This document shows, one piece after another, positions 1 to 12,119 of a stretch of DNA of 64,000 nucleotides. Position 1 is the stretch's first letter. Every line of letters starts with the position of its first letter. The position numbers and the translations under genes are program-made. Origin of the DNA: Octopus bimaculoides (taxonomy: Eukaryota); contig NC_068988.1 in assembly GCF_001194135.2 (NCBI RefSeq), positions 45,963,668 through 46,027,667 of the forward strand. Reading direction: 5' to 3'. The notes beneath the pieces are model-generated. The model had not been told where the DNA came from and did no database searches. It saw only the letters and a list, made by a program, of their open reading frames with translations.

Positions 1-1
1 C

Positions 2-85
2 ATCACTAATCTCCAACCACTGTTTGAAAATAATGATGCCATGATAACATCATATGTAAAAGAAAATTTTGTAGACCGAAGTTGA
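2..85 (+). CDS. Possible 3' end of a coding exon running in from the window edge (ITNLQPLFENNDAMITSYVKENFVDRS*)
   Basis: Frame 2 is open from the edge to TGA at 83-85 with protein-like composition, followed by AT/GT-rich sequence. No family recognised, and it is short enough to be chance. Confidence 0.25.
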   Translation: MTNLQPLFENNDAMITSYVKENFVDRS

Positions 86-647
86 AATCCCTTTGTTGTT
101 GACTGGATTTCGATTTATTGACATTTTGCATAGGGAGAGAAGGGGGTGAAAATAATTTTTTTTTTCAAATTACACTATACTCCCAGAAATATGTGCATGT
201 GTGTGTGAGTGTGTATTTGTATATGTCTCTGTGTGTACTTATGTGTGTTAGTGTGTATTTGTATGTTTCTGTGTGTGTGTGTGCATGTGTAGATAATTTA
301 GCTTTAGAAAATTACTGCCACATTGTCTAATTTTCAATCAGTTATAAATTCAGTCATATAGCAAAGACTTCTCTTTTCAAAATGTCATTTTGAAAATGCA
401 ATCATTGTATCATACATTATATCATGCCTTGTGCTGAAGAACTCTAGCTTTCTGGGGGCAAAGAGACATCAAGATGGTTCTTGAATTGAAGAAGAATTTT
501 ATGAAGACAGTGCAATTTATAATTTAAAATATTAGTAATATTTATAAACGTGCCTGTAAACATAGTTTCTTATTGGTTTGTGTGCAGTTGTTGAATTTTA
601 TATGCAGAACATGTATGACTATGAAATTCTTAAGAGCTTGCTTGCTC

Positions 648-648
<1 letters not shown>

Positions 649-696
<48 letters not shown>
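649..696. repeat. (GT)n microsatellite
   Basis: Perfect GT run read directly from the sequence. Confidence 0.95.
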
Positions 697-697
<1 letters not shown>

Positions 698-746
698 TTG
701 TTTGGATGTGGGTGTAGTTGAGTTGTTATAAAATTTGCTGTGCAAG

Positions 747-2010
747 CTGTGGTCCAGCCTTTCCACATACTGCATCACAGTGATTAGGCTTATGAATTGC
801 ATTAAGTATGCATGTGTCTAAGACATATTTAACCCTCACTGCACTGATTAAATTTTTGCTGGTGATGTAACATGCTAATTTTATGCAAATCAGTTCTTGC
901 ATCCTCTTTCTCTTGGTCAGTGAAATTAGAATGCACATGCTACATCAAATGAAAGGCAAAGAATCTCAGAAAGTACCCAGCAATCAAAGACAAGTAAACT
1001 CAGATCCAGTGTCTTAGGTCTAATGCACAGAAACAAATGTAAGCAGTTCCCATGCAATAAAGAGTTAACGACCAGATACATCTTTCATCATCGTGGAGGC
1101 GCAATGGCCCAGTGGTTGGGGCAGCGGACTCGCAGTCATAGGATCGCGGTTTCAATTCCCAGACCGGGTGTTGCGAGTGTTTATTGAGCGAAAACACCTA
1201 AAGCTCCATGAGGCTCCGGCAGGGGATGGTGGTGAACCCTGCTGTACTCTTCCACCAGAACTTTCTCTCACTCTTACTTCCTGTTTCTGTTGCACCTGTA
1301 TTTCAAAGGGGCCAGCTTTGTCACACTGTGTCACACTGAATATCCCCGAGAATTACGTTAAGGGTACACGTGTCTGTGGAGTGCTCAGCCACTTGCACGC
1401 TAATTTTACGAGCAGGCTGTTCCGTTGATCGGATCAACTGGAACCCTCGATGTCGCAAGCGACGGAGTGCCAACAACAACAACATTTTTCATCAAACTAA
1501 CAAATGCTCATCTTTAAAACAAATTCAGACTCCATCATATTCTTTTACTGATTTGTGTCACTCTCCTTGGTTACTATCTTGAAAAGTACAGTCTGTGCAT
1601 TATAGTGTAACACACAGATGAAATAGCAACTAATAACAACACACCAGTAATTCTCTGAAATTGGAAGAAATATCTTTTCAGTGTGAGATGTATAAAAAGA
1701 AACGTAGAAAACATATTTGATATTTTATGCCTTCATATATGTATAAATATGAGTATTTGTGTGTGTGTGTGTGCGTGTGTTATTTTTTTATTGCCCAGAA
1801 GGGGCTAAACATAGAGGGGACAAACAAGGACAGACAAAGGGATAAAGTCGATTACATCTACCTCAGTGCATAACTGGTATTTAATTTATCGACCTCGAAA
1901 GGATGAAAGACAAAATCGACCTCGGCGGAATTTGAACTCAGAACGTAATGACAGACGGAATACCACTAAGCATTTCGCTCAGCACGCTAATGTTTCTGCC
2001 AGCTCACCAT

Positions 2011-2047
<37 letters not shown>

Positions 2048-2976
2048 TTGTTTTTGTGTTTGTTGTATGCAGTTATTCTAATGAGTTAATCAAGCTCCTC
2101 TTCAGTACATCAGAAAAAAAAAATACAATTTTCAATTCTCATTACAGCTTATACACCTGGAGCCTGGCAAAATATACTCAAAATGCCTTGTAAAATAAAT
2201 TAGTAACAATAACCAATGAATATGCACTCTATGAGCCAAACAGAGAAAGAGAGAGAGAAAGAGAGGGCATACAGGGAGATGTAAAAGGGAGAAGAATAGG
2301 TAAATAAGGTTGTGACAAAGAAAGATAAATTAAAGATGAAATATTTAAGTGATCTTGATAGCTAAAATATTAATAACAATGGCAATGAGGTCATAAGAGC
2401 CAACCTAAAGATAGATGAAAATGTGTACATTAAAACTGTATATGGAAAAATAATAATAAAAACAAAATGAAATCTGAAGTACTTCTGTTATATGAAAGGA
2501 AAAAAGTGCATAACAGACAGGAAAAAAATGAATAAAGAGACTGACAATTTAGTTTTCATCAGCTGTCTTGGTAAAGATTCTGGTTGTTGAATCTGGTTGT
2601 TGCAATGCAGTTATTAGCTTAGTGGTGTCATCAGTCAGAAGGTACAGTTAGAAGTAATTAATACTGTGGAAATGAAACATTAAAGCATATAATTGAGTCT
2701 TAGCGACTGGGATAAAGAAAAACGAGGATGTATGATCAGTTATGGGCAACTTGCAGCTTGCGGGGCTTTCTGTATAACATGCCTAAAGAAAAATTATCCT
2801 TAATGAGGAACTGGGAAATATACATCTGCTTACGATGAAACTTAAATAAAACATAAGTCTTTTGTCAATTAAATAAAACATCATTCAATTTTGATATAAA
2901 CAAAATGATTCAAAATGACTGCTTAGGTATACACACTCATGTATAGCAGTGTGCACACACACACATACAGGCTCAT

Positions 2977-3010
<34 letters not shown>

Positions 3011-3513
3011 TGTATACATAAGATATGCATATAGCGAGTGACATTAATGTAGACCTATGCACACGAAGTTTGTGTTATCCTTTAGTACCGCCATTATTTT
3101 TCTTATAGAAGTTTTGAGCTTTTTGTATGAACAATTAATAATTGTCTTTTTTCTGTTTTAAGAAGTCATCACTTGCCACAAGGATTTCCAATGCTCCATT
3201 TAAACAATCAACTGCTGTGTCTTACTCCTGTCTTACTTAAGGATCTACAGTACGTAGTATCAGCCATTTTAATTTATAGTCTCTATTTTAAAAAATTTAA
3301 GTCATGTATATATTGAGATGCATGAGGGCGTCTTCTTTCAGAAAAGTAATTTTTATGCAAGATCATTTAAAAAAAGATCTTGGTAAATGTTCCAGTAAAA
3401 AATTTTATTGTTGAGTGTTAAAACATTGCTTTAGCAGACCATATTCTTACACTGTAATTCCCATTCAGAAGCAAGTTAAGGGATCTCAGCAGTTGCTGCA
3501 GATTACATCTATG
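747..3513 (+). CDS. Cluster of weak candidate small exons: 747-805, 921-993, 2148-2189, 2563-2641, 3163-3249, 3469-3513
   Basis: Each has an AG acceptor, a GT donor and an open frame. Examples: ctctttctcttggtcag|921..993|gtaaac (EIRMHMLHQMKGKESQKVPSNQRQ); tcttttttctgttttaag|3163..3249|gtacgt (SHHLPQGFPMLHLNNQLLCLTPVLLKDL); cccattcag|3469..3513|gtaagt. Several neighbours are phase-compatible. No homology recognised. Confidence 0.25.
1093..1481 (+). mobile_element. tRNA-derived SINE, family D, full length
   Basis: tRNA-like head with A box (TGGCCCAGTGG) and B box (GGTTTCAATTCC), and a (CAA)n tail. Near-identical second copy at 30042-30429. Imperfect 13-bp TSD ACATCTTTCATCA (1078-1090) / ACATTTTTCATCA (1482-1494). 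Confidence 0.9.
1782..2009 (-). mobile_element. tRNA-derived SINE, family B (probably one of the Octopus OR/OK-type SINEs)
   Basis: The reverse complement starts GGTGAGCTGGCAG...GAGTTCAAATTCC (A/B boxes). More than 10 related copies occur in the window. Confidence 0.9.
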
Positions 3514-3560
3514 GTAAGTTGATTGATAAAATTATTATTATTATTATTATTATTATTATT

Positions 3561-4114
3561 GAGTGAGAAAGCAGTGCATGCCATCAGAATGACACTGGAA
3601 TACAATTATGCAAAGCCCAATATACCCATCATGACTACCCGTCGGATAAGGGTACACCAGGCACATGCATCACAAGCATATGTGCATGACATGGTGATCT
3701 TATGGCAAGGTAAATGGCAAATGACCTTACAAGTGGGACCCAGTTAGAATTTTCTTCAGGTTCAGTAGCCCATCCCACCCAAAAGGTCCCTGAATAAGGT
3801 TTGTTTAAGGATGATGAACGAAACACCAATGTTTCCAAAGGTGAATTATTCAAACCCTAAAGAATTCCTATCAACACATGACTATAATGCTTCCCCACTA
3901 CTTCTGCTCGTGATCAGAGATGCACTTATCATCAGCCACCAAAGAACATGCTCAACTGGTTAAGGTCAAACAACTAACAAGCAAATCTATGGTATTAAGC
4001 AGAATATTTGCTGTAGCCCATCTTTTTATACCAAGACAAAACAATGTACATGATAACACTTCCAATCAGTTAAGGTCAGAAACCATGAGAGCCACTGCCT
4101 GGCATCAGGGCATT
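3561..4114. mobile_element. About 550-bp interspersed repeat embedded in (TTA)n, probably a LINE 3' UTR or SINE-like element
   Basis: GC-richer block bracketed by (TTA)n arrays on both sides. It resembles a common octopus repeat from memory, but there is only one copy in this window. Confidence 0.5.
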
Positions 4115-4125
4115 CATTATTATTA

Positions 4126-4209
<84 letters not shown>

Positions 4210-4381
4210 TTGCTGTTGTTGTTATTGTTATTATTATCATTATTATTATTATTATTAGTAGTAGTAGTAGTAGTAGTAGTAGCAACAGCAGCAAAAGAAG
4301 AAGTAGTAGTAGCAGCAGCAGCAGCAAAAGAAGTACTAGTAGTAGTCGTAGTAGTAGTAGTAGTAGTAGCAGCAGCAGCAA
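4115..4381. repeat. Compound trinucleotide microsatellite (TTA)(GTA)(GTT)(TTA)(GTA)(GCA)
   Basis: Read directly from the sequence. Confidence 0.95.
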
Positions 4382-4394
4382 TATTGACATCAGT

Positions 4395-5460
4395 CCCTCA
4401 TGTTGAGTTCATAGGTTTTAGTTTATGGTCATTTGCATAAGTTCTGTTGCTAGTTAAATTTGCTGTAGTCAAGTGCAGATATTCAACAGTAGATGAGCTG
4501 AATATTTTGTAATACTTGTGCTGGCATGAAAGCTTTTCTTTAGGATAAAAAAGAATAGTTTAGAAATACTAGTGTTAAGTAGAAACGAGAAGATGGGATT
4601 AGATAAATAAAGATAAAAAAGAATAGTTTAGGAATATTAGTTTTAAGTAGAAACGAGAAGGTGGGTGGCATTAAACCATGTTACACCACATTTCTTAGTC
4701 TTATACTTTTTATTTTTAATTGTATTCAGTGGATAGTTAGCTGTAGTATTGTCAATGCTTCTATGATTATTGTTAGTTTTACTAGGATCTATATTTACAT
4801 TGATACAATTCATATCTATCAAATAATTTTTTGCCGAGTTGAAGATCTCTTTTCTATTGGTGGTTGGTTTGCCATTGGTAATGTTAGATTTTCTATTATT
4901 ATTATGAATACTCATTAAGTCAGTTTTGAGGATTACTTTTCCTCGCTGATTATTTACGTTATTTATATCCTTTCTGTGGTCCTCTTTATCTGGTGTCTTA
5001 GCATTCTTCTTCTTATCATTTATCTCTTTGTTGATGAGAGTTTTAATTAATATTGTCTATGTAATTGATCTGTTTGTTTTAACCGCTTCGGGGTAAGATT
5101 TCATCATAATACCAGACTTTCTTACTGAAGATGTGCTTATTTGCTGATAAGTTAGATATTCTGATCGTTGTGTTTTTGATTAGTCCATTAATGAATGATC
5201 TTGGATGGTTAGGAAGTTTATTTATATAGTTTAGATTTTCGTTAGGTTTATGATATAGGGAGTAAAGGCCGGTCTGTATGTCAAGTATAACGTCTAAGAA
5301 ATTCACGATCTTTCTATCTTTTGAAAATTCACTCGAAATATTAAAGCATGTAAAGAATTCGCGTAGTTATTTTACAAATTCTTTCGATATTGGCAGCTCA
5401 GGAGTTTTTTTTTTTTTGTTATCATTTGAGTGTCGTTTTCAACAAAACAATGCTTAGAAC
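4395..5460 (-). mobile_element. Degenerate Penelope-like retroelement, RT C-terminus/thumb and linker; GIY-YIG domain not seen
   Basis: VNFLDVILDIQTGLYSLYHKPNENLNYINKLPNHP...RISNLS...ILPRSG (5079-5306) matches the PLE FLDV...Y.KPN..YIN..SNHP...RIS.LS signature. Frameshifted WFNPP.FS..LKTNI.KLF (about 4620-4680) and HKYYKIFSSSTV (about 4490-4525) match the PLE linker motifs. Confidence 0.85.
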
Positions 5461-5558
5461 TTGTTTGAATGCTTTATAGATGTTTATTGATATATTATTT
5501 TGTACCCTCTAATGATATGTGCCTATCAAATGCTTATTAAATTAAATTATTTTCAGAT

Positions 5559-7257
5559 ATTTCATAAAAAATGGGTAGAAAAAGGAAGTGTGCAGTATCA
5601 ACTTCAAGTGATAGTGCCAAAAGCTTTAGTGGTCAGCCTTCCCCTTTAGATAAAACTGAGCCTCTTACTCTCCAGCAAGTTATTCAGTACAGTTATTTCC
5701 TTCATAAGACTATGATATGCTAAAATAATAGCAAAGGATGTAATTGGGATTTGGCAGACAGTGAACGCACAGCTGCCCCTATATGAGGAATATTATGTAA
5801 TGAAATTAGTGGATAAATTGTGCTTCATGAAAGCAAAAAAGATAAACCACAAATCTCTTTCCAAAGTCAAGGAACAGAATTTGAACGAAATGCTGGATAA
5901 AATTTTTGACATTTCTGCTTGCACCTATCTGCTATGTCTTTGTTCTTTTGATGACAGTGCTGTGAAGTGCAAGAAAGAAAATTCTGCAGGTGTCCTGCCA
6001 GTAAGAAGGTAAAGCTACTTTTTTTTAACTTTTAATTAATCTTACTTAGCTTAATTAGTTGCCTTTTAAATAGAAGAAAATCCCATGGATGTAATTGGAA
6101 AATATACACATTTTCCTCCTGTAATCTACCTTTGCCCTCTGATATAAAAAAAATAATTATTAATCTCTTATTTTAAATCCGCTGCTCAATATACTTAAAT
6201 ATTTCAAGTTCCAGTAGCGGAGAATGAATACTTAAGAGATCAGAGAGCCAAGATAGACACATGGGTTCTTTTGCAGCTCGGCTCTGTGGATAAAGCTGTT
6301 GTGAAGAGGAACCAGAAGAGAAGGCAGAAAAATTACAGAGACAAATTCAACAGCAGAAGGAAGTGGATTTGGCCGCACTTACCTCCACATCCTCACAATA
6401 TATTTCCTTGGGATCTAGCTCGGGAGAATCAGATGTAATATTTTTTCTCTACATCTGAATCCATTTTTGATTTAATTTACCTCTCTACTTTTTGTCTCTT
6501 ATTCTTCCTCTCTTCCTCATTTTCTCTTCAGTAATTTTGTTTTCGTTTTTTTTTTATTTCAGTCATCTAATGATGGCGATTTCAAGCCAAGGAGGCACCC
6601 AAGTGGAGCTTAAAGCTTTTTGAAACCCCACCCCAGATAAGCCATGGAATTGATCAGGTGTGGTGTTTCTTCCAGTCTTGGGGCAAGTCTTGCTTATGCC
6701 CTCGTCCTTGACTTACAAGCTATGGACCCGCTTAAGGCTTGCCTTGATGTGAAACAGATAATAGTTGAAAAATCGAAATTGGACAGAGAAAAAAAAACAG
6801 AATGAAAGTGAGACGCAATGAAAAGCACAAAGAGAGACTGTTTATGGACTCGAATCAAGGCACGAACACATTCTGGCCAAAGCCCTAAGCTGCCGTAAGA
6901 GGGTTTCCTTCGCTTCTAAGGGCTCTTACAGTGAAACTTATGATGATTTTTGGTATCTAAGCTTGTCTTTCTTGACTCTATAGAGTTTTTATATCTTTTT
7001 ACTCGTTTTCAATAAAGATGCAACATTTCTTTTTGATTTTTCAAATGACAATAACATGTATTTTTCGACCGAAAATGGTGAAAATGCGATGTTTTTTGGT
7101 TACCGTATTTTGAAGTTTTGTGAAACAGCTTCCTCAAAAAAACAGTTAAAGCTAGAGAGATAGACTTTTTTTGTTAGTTATTATCACATTAAGCCCCCAC
7201 TATCTCGATTAATTCAAAGTCATTAACTACAAAAGTATGGAAAATCAATCTGCCCTA
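5559..7257 (+). mobile_element. Decayed, intron-containing hAT-superfamily (hATm-like) DNA transposon, internally deleted, right end retained
   Basis: ATG at 5571 (MGRKRK...). Segments read LDKIFDISACT (5761-6012), VPVAENEYLRDQRAK...LGSVDK (about 6209-6300) and AMELIRCGVSSSLGASLA...IVEKSKLDREK (about 6640-6795), separated by GT-AG AT-rich introns. The element ends ...GGAAAATCAATCTGCCCTA at 7257, a TAGGG-type terminus. Stops and frameshifts are present. The subfamily name comes from recalled motifs. Confidence 0.7.
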
Positions 7258-7460
7258 ATATATATACACTTACATGCATATATACATATATACAAATATA
7301 TACACATATTTATATGCATATATACACATTAGCGAATCGCTAAATCATCCAATTACTTGAATGACGAAAACATAAACATTAATGGCGAAGCTAGTCCGGA
7401 AAGAGCCGAACAACCAAGCAGGCTTAACTGATGAGGCAGCCAAATATTTTGTATTCGAAT

Positions 7461-7979
7461 TTATTTCATGTAAAAAATTGTCTTATTTCGATAATTTCAA
7501 CCAATCACTGACAAGTATTCAGTTGTTTATATTTACTCCTTTGGCTGATTAAGCGATGTAAAGCGTATTTAATCCCCATACCTTCGTTTTATAGGGTTAG
7601 GGTTAATTGTTTCAGAATCGTTTGTTTATGTAGTCGGCACTTAATGTATATCGGCTGAATAGACGTCAGTGATTGGTTGAAATTACAGAAATACGACAAC
7701 TTTAACATGGAATAACTTATGGACTTCTTTTTTTTTTAAAGAAGACTAAGAGAAAAAGATGTTTTATATGACACATTCTACCAGTGTTCCAAGTTTCAAA
7801 GTGTTTCGTTAATGAAAAATGTGGCCCCCGTTTTAAAAAAGATCCAAAATAGATAAGTATACGAAGTTTGAAAGTCTTTCCGTACCAAAAACACTACGTA
7901 AAACATTAATGAAAAATGTGGCCCCCGTTTTAAAATAGATTCCTTATTTCTAGTAATGTAAGTGTTTCTTAACACCCTA
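7461..7979. mobile_element. Non-autonomous DNA-transposon-like fragment with about 70-bp inverted arms around a (TTAGGG)-like core and a 30-bp direct repeat
   Basis: Arms 7461-7531 and 7647-7717 share the core TAATTTCAACCAATCACTGAC and its exact reverse complement. TAGGGTTAGGGTTA lies at 7592-7605. TTAATGAAAAATGTGGCCCCCGTTTTAAAA occurs twice (about 7808 and 7906). The segment ends ...AACACCCTA at 7979. Confidence 0.6.
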
Positions 7980-9039
7980 GTCACGTTTAGTGGCATGTGT
8001 AATTCTCCTTTTTGGTAAAACAGTGCAAACTGCTGTTTATGAAAGTTTTATATGCATATATATTTATGTATGTAAACATATTTGCACATTGATAAATGTA
8101 TGCACCAACAATATTACATATATGTTGCCTATATAGTTACACTGTCACAAACAAGTATATACACAGAAACGTATATATTTATATTTTTGTATATATTTGT
8201 ATTTATGTTCATGAACGTGCATAGTATTGTATGTCTTTATGTCTTATGCTGGTTTAAACCATTGTATCACAAAAGCTCTTTCACTCTTTGACTGACTCTG
8301 CTTTTTTATATTTATTATTGCGTTGTTGTTTTTATTATCTCATCTTTTCTGCTAATTACCTTTGTTATCCTTATAGTCTTTCTTTTTTTGTTAAATATAT
8401 TGCAAATATTTCTATAGTTCATTTTTCAATGATCGTAAATTGATTTATAAACATTTTACTGGAAGCTGATCTGCAATGGTTGTAGTCTTTTGTAATACAA
8501 TACCAGAGACATGAGAATTATATTGTTCTAGGATTTCTTTTAAAATTTCAACAGATAACATTTTATCTGAAGACTTCCAAAGGCAAAGCTATTGTAATCC
8601 TGTGTCTTTACACAACTATCAACTAATGAATTTTTTAGAAGTTGTCTGCTACTTGTTTTTATTATATCGGTGTATGTTGAAGTTTGGTACTTTACTTTTA
8701 AGAAGCTTTCAGTTATTTAAGTGTCTCTCCCTCTCTTTTTCTCCTTCTTTCTATCTTTCTCGGACTCTCGCCTTCTCTTTCTCTTTTTCCGTCTCAATGT
8801 CTTCTCAGCATTAGAACATAAATACCTGGTCTTGCTCCTAATAAATGATTTTTTTGTTTGTTTGTTTATAAAAGATCTCCGAAGTTACAGACTTATGGTT
8901 CCCAGCTGTAAGCAATTGTTAATCAGAGCTATTGCATGATTCCTGGTGACTGGTTGATATCCAGTACATCCTAATTACTTGTTGCCATGCAGAGTTCTTG
9001 CATATTAAATATCTCGAACGCTTTTGTAATAATTCTTTC

Positions 9040-9246
9040 TAATAATGGCACAAGGCCTGAAAATTTGGGGGGTGAGAAGCAGACAATTACATCTACCCCA
9101 TACTACCTGATTGATACTTATTTTATTGACTCCAAAAAGATGAAAGATAAAAGATCTCAGTAGAATTAAGTCAGAACATAAAAATGGATGAAATACCGCT
9201 AAGTATTTTGTTCAGCATGCTAACAGTTCTGCCAGTTCATTACCTT
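9040..9246 (-). mobile_element. SINE family B, degenerate copy
   Basis: Similar to 1782-2009 and 62915-63122. Confidence 0.75.
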
Positions 9247-9334
9247 AACTTTTTTCATAATAATGCAAGTGAACTGAACCTACATATCCTGAATCTCAAA
9301 TAACATGAACACCTAATAGGGATATTTGACTTAC

Positions 9335-11755
9335 ATGGTACCTGCCTCATATCTTGTCCAACTCCGTGACTTCCTTATTCGAATTTCTTAGAGCTCTCTT
9401 GAACGTATCAACAAAGTGTTCTGCTTGTCCATTAGATCTGGAATGGTACGGCAGGTAGTTAATATTCTATAGCGAAAATTTTACGAAATGTTTTTAACTA
9501 AAAAGACGCAAATTGTGTTCCATTATCAGATACTATAGTATCCTGGATGCCAAATCTCACAAACAGCACATGTAAAAAATTTGCATAATTGCGGAGATTA
9601 ACTTTTTACACTTTCAAATTTCTGACCATTTAGAGAAAATATCTACTACCACTAAGTAGTATAAACCGTTTAAAGGACCACCAAAATCGCTGTGTAGTCT
9701 TGAACACGGAACATCTTTTCACCAAGGTTAACTTTTAATCGTCCGTAATTTTGCTACTAGGGCACATCCTCTACAACCTTTCACCAAATTTTCAATTTCT
9801 CTAGCCATTTTTGACCAGTACATATAGTTACGCATTAAAGCTTTCATCCACGAAATACCAGGATATCCAGCATAGAATTACCTCAACATTTTCTTTTGAA
9901 ATGCTTCAGTATTACTACACTCTGTGCATACATCAGCACACTATAAAAAAAAATTGAGTATAGCTTCACGTCTTCATTTCGTTTTTCACCAATCTTGTTC
10001 CTACTTACTTTTCCTACCAACAGTTTCTTTTCATTTCTTTTAAGAATTTGTCCTTTTCCGCATTTAGTTCTATGTTTTCTAGGGCCACCGGTAATTTGCG
10101 TACATGTTCCACGTTACATTTTTTATTTATTCTTCTGATTTTAATGCTGCGACTACCGTATCTTTGAATGGCTCACAATGTTTTCGTATCAGTCTGGACA
10201 AACCATCCGCATGCCCTAGTTTTTTTACCTAAATATTCCATTTTGAAATCATAATTCAATAACGTAGTGCCCATCGCTGTAATCTCTTAGTTGTGTGTGT
10301 TGGTATTCCTTTTTTAAGAACAATGTATCGACAGTAGTGGATGATGATCCATTTGTTGACAGAAACGTCTTCCATGGATAAATCTAAGGATTTTTTTAAT
10401 ACCGAATATAATTGCTAACGCTTCCTTTTCTATCTGGCTGTAGGCCTTTTCTGCTGGTAATAACAATTATGACACCTTTTTACTCCTATCATCAGATTTG
10501 GGCAGAAGCACTGCTCCTACACCGTAATGACTTGCGTCTGTAGCCAATAAAATATCCAGCTTTGGATCGAAATGCGTTAACGATAAGTTAGACGTCAAAA
10601 TGTTTTTTATTTCGTCAAATGCCTTCTGGCACTTATCAGTCCAGCTCCATTTTGCATTTTTCTTTAACAAATCATTTAGTGTGGCCCTAACATTGTGCAT
10701 ATTGGGAATATAAATTTGGTAGCAATTTACTAACCCCCAAAATGCTTCTAGCACAGTCACATTATTGGGCGTGGACATTTTTTTATCGCAGTTGCTCTGG
10801 GTGGATCTGGTTTCCCTCCGTTTTTATCTATTATCTGTTCCAAGTATTTATTTATATTTTTCAGAAAGAACACGCATTCATCTTCACTTAGCTTTAAGCA
10901 ATATTCTCTTATCTTTTCAGATACCCTTTTTATGTGCGCTACATGTTCGTGTGATTCACTATTTATTAGGCTACCGTCTAAATAGGCGATAGGAAAATCA
11001 CAGTGTGCCAGCATTGTATTCATTACTTGTTGAAATATGAAAGGAGCCACTTTTACACCGAAAAATACGCCCATAAGTGTTTTGTGTGGGAATATAGTCG
11101 GTTCAGTTGAAGGTTTGGATGTGACCGAGGGATTGAAACAAAAACTAAAACGTAATTGCTGTAACGCTCATGTTCTCATGTTACCAGTTTTCTTAGGATT
11201 ATACATGTTTTCATCATCTCAATTTTTGCACTCTTTAATGAAGATCTGCTCGTACCTTCTATAGTATGCCTCGAAGGTAACTCCTTCATCTGGTTCATAC
11301 TTAAATTCCATTGTTGAGTTTGCGACATAATCTGATGAGAAGATCTTTTCAGCATTTTTTTACTAGTTTTCATTAATTGCAACGTTTATTGCTGTAATAG
11401 TAATTGTTGCTGTTGTTGTTCTTACAGTTGTTGTTGTTGTTACTGCTTTTGCAACTCGAGAAAACAGGCAAAAATTCTTCCATAATTTTACGATTTTGTG
11501 TACCGTGAAATTCACACAAAAAACGTTTGTAACTCCTTGTGAGTTTGTTTAATCTGCACGAGTTAGTTGATTCCTCGTGAGTTTGTCAATTTCTCATCGC
11601 TCCTGTTGTAATCCAACGCCGGACTGTTGTAACATCCACTCTGGCATAGCAGTATAGTCAGTTAGACAAGTAAAGACACGACTATCTGTGAATGACTTTG
11701 CCGACTTCTCAACCACTCGACTTCCTACATCGCAGTATTTGTAACGACTATCACA
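9335..11755 (-). mobile_element. Ty3/Gypsy (Mag-like) LTR retrotransposon remnant: putative 5' LTR, gag N-terminus, deletion, then RT, RNase H and integrase
   Basis: RT FGVKVAPFIFQQVMNTML...YLDG; RNase H DASHYGVGAVL and HADGLSRLI; integrase zinc finger GISWMKALMRNYMYW...CRGC and core HSDFGGP..YLVVVDIFSKW, RFGIQDTIVSDNGTQF, PYHSRSNGQAEHFVDTFKRAL; gag FEAYYRRYE. A putative LTR end ...TTACAACA at 11604 is followed by a degenerate PBS (GGAGCGATGAG). Many stops; no 3' LTR seen. Confidence 0.92.
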
Positions 11756-11783
11756 TACCACTCGTCATGTGGGAGGGGTATTC

Positions 11784-11786
<3 letters not shown>

Positions 11787-11837
<51 letters not shown>

Positions 11838-11854
11838 CATTATTATTATTATTA
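11787..11854. repeat. (ATT)n microsatellite
   Basis: Read directly from the sequence. Confidence 0.95.
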
Positions 11855-12119
11855 TCCCCATGACACAGTCATGCCTGAGTTCAAATCCCTCCAATGGCAA
11901 ATTTATTTTGCATTATTCTGGAGCAGTTGATGAATAATTAGCAGTCTTAAGATACTACACACTTACAGCCAAATATGTAACCTCGTGATGGCCACTACCA
12001 TCGATTTCGACATATGATTGTTTGAAGGAGAGGATTTATGAAAAAAAAAGAAAGAGAAAAAAGCAAGACAAAGAAAAATTAACTTTAAATATAAAAGAAT
12101 AAAAGAAGTTGCATGTATT

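Noticed and set aside
1093-1170. tRNA genes at the SINE heads
   Set aside because: A and B boxes are present, but each runs into a SINE body and lacks a proper acceptor stem, so they are SINE heads.
7592-7605. Telomere or chromosome-fusion site
   Set aside because: Only about 2 units, embedded in a repeat element.
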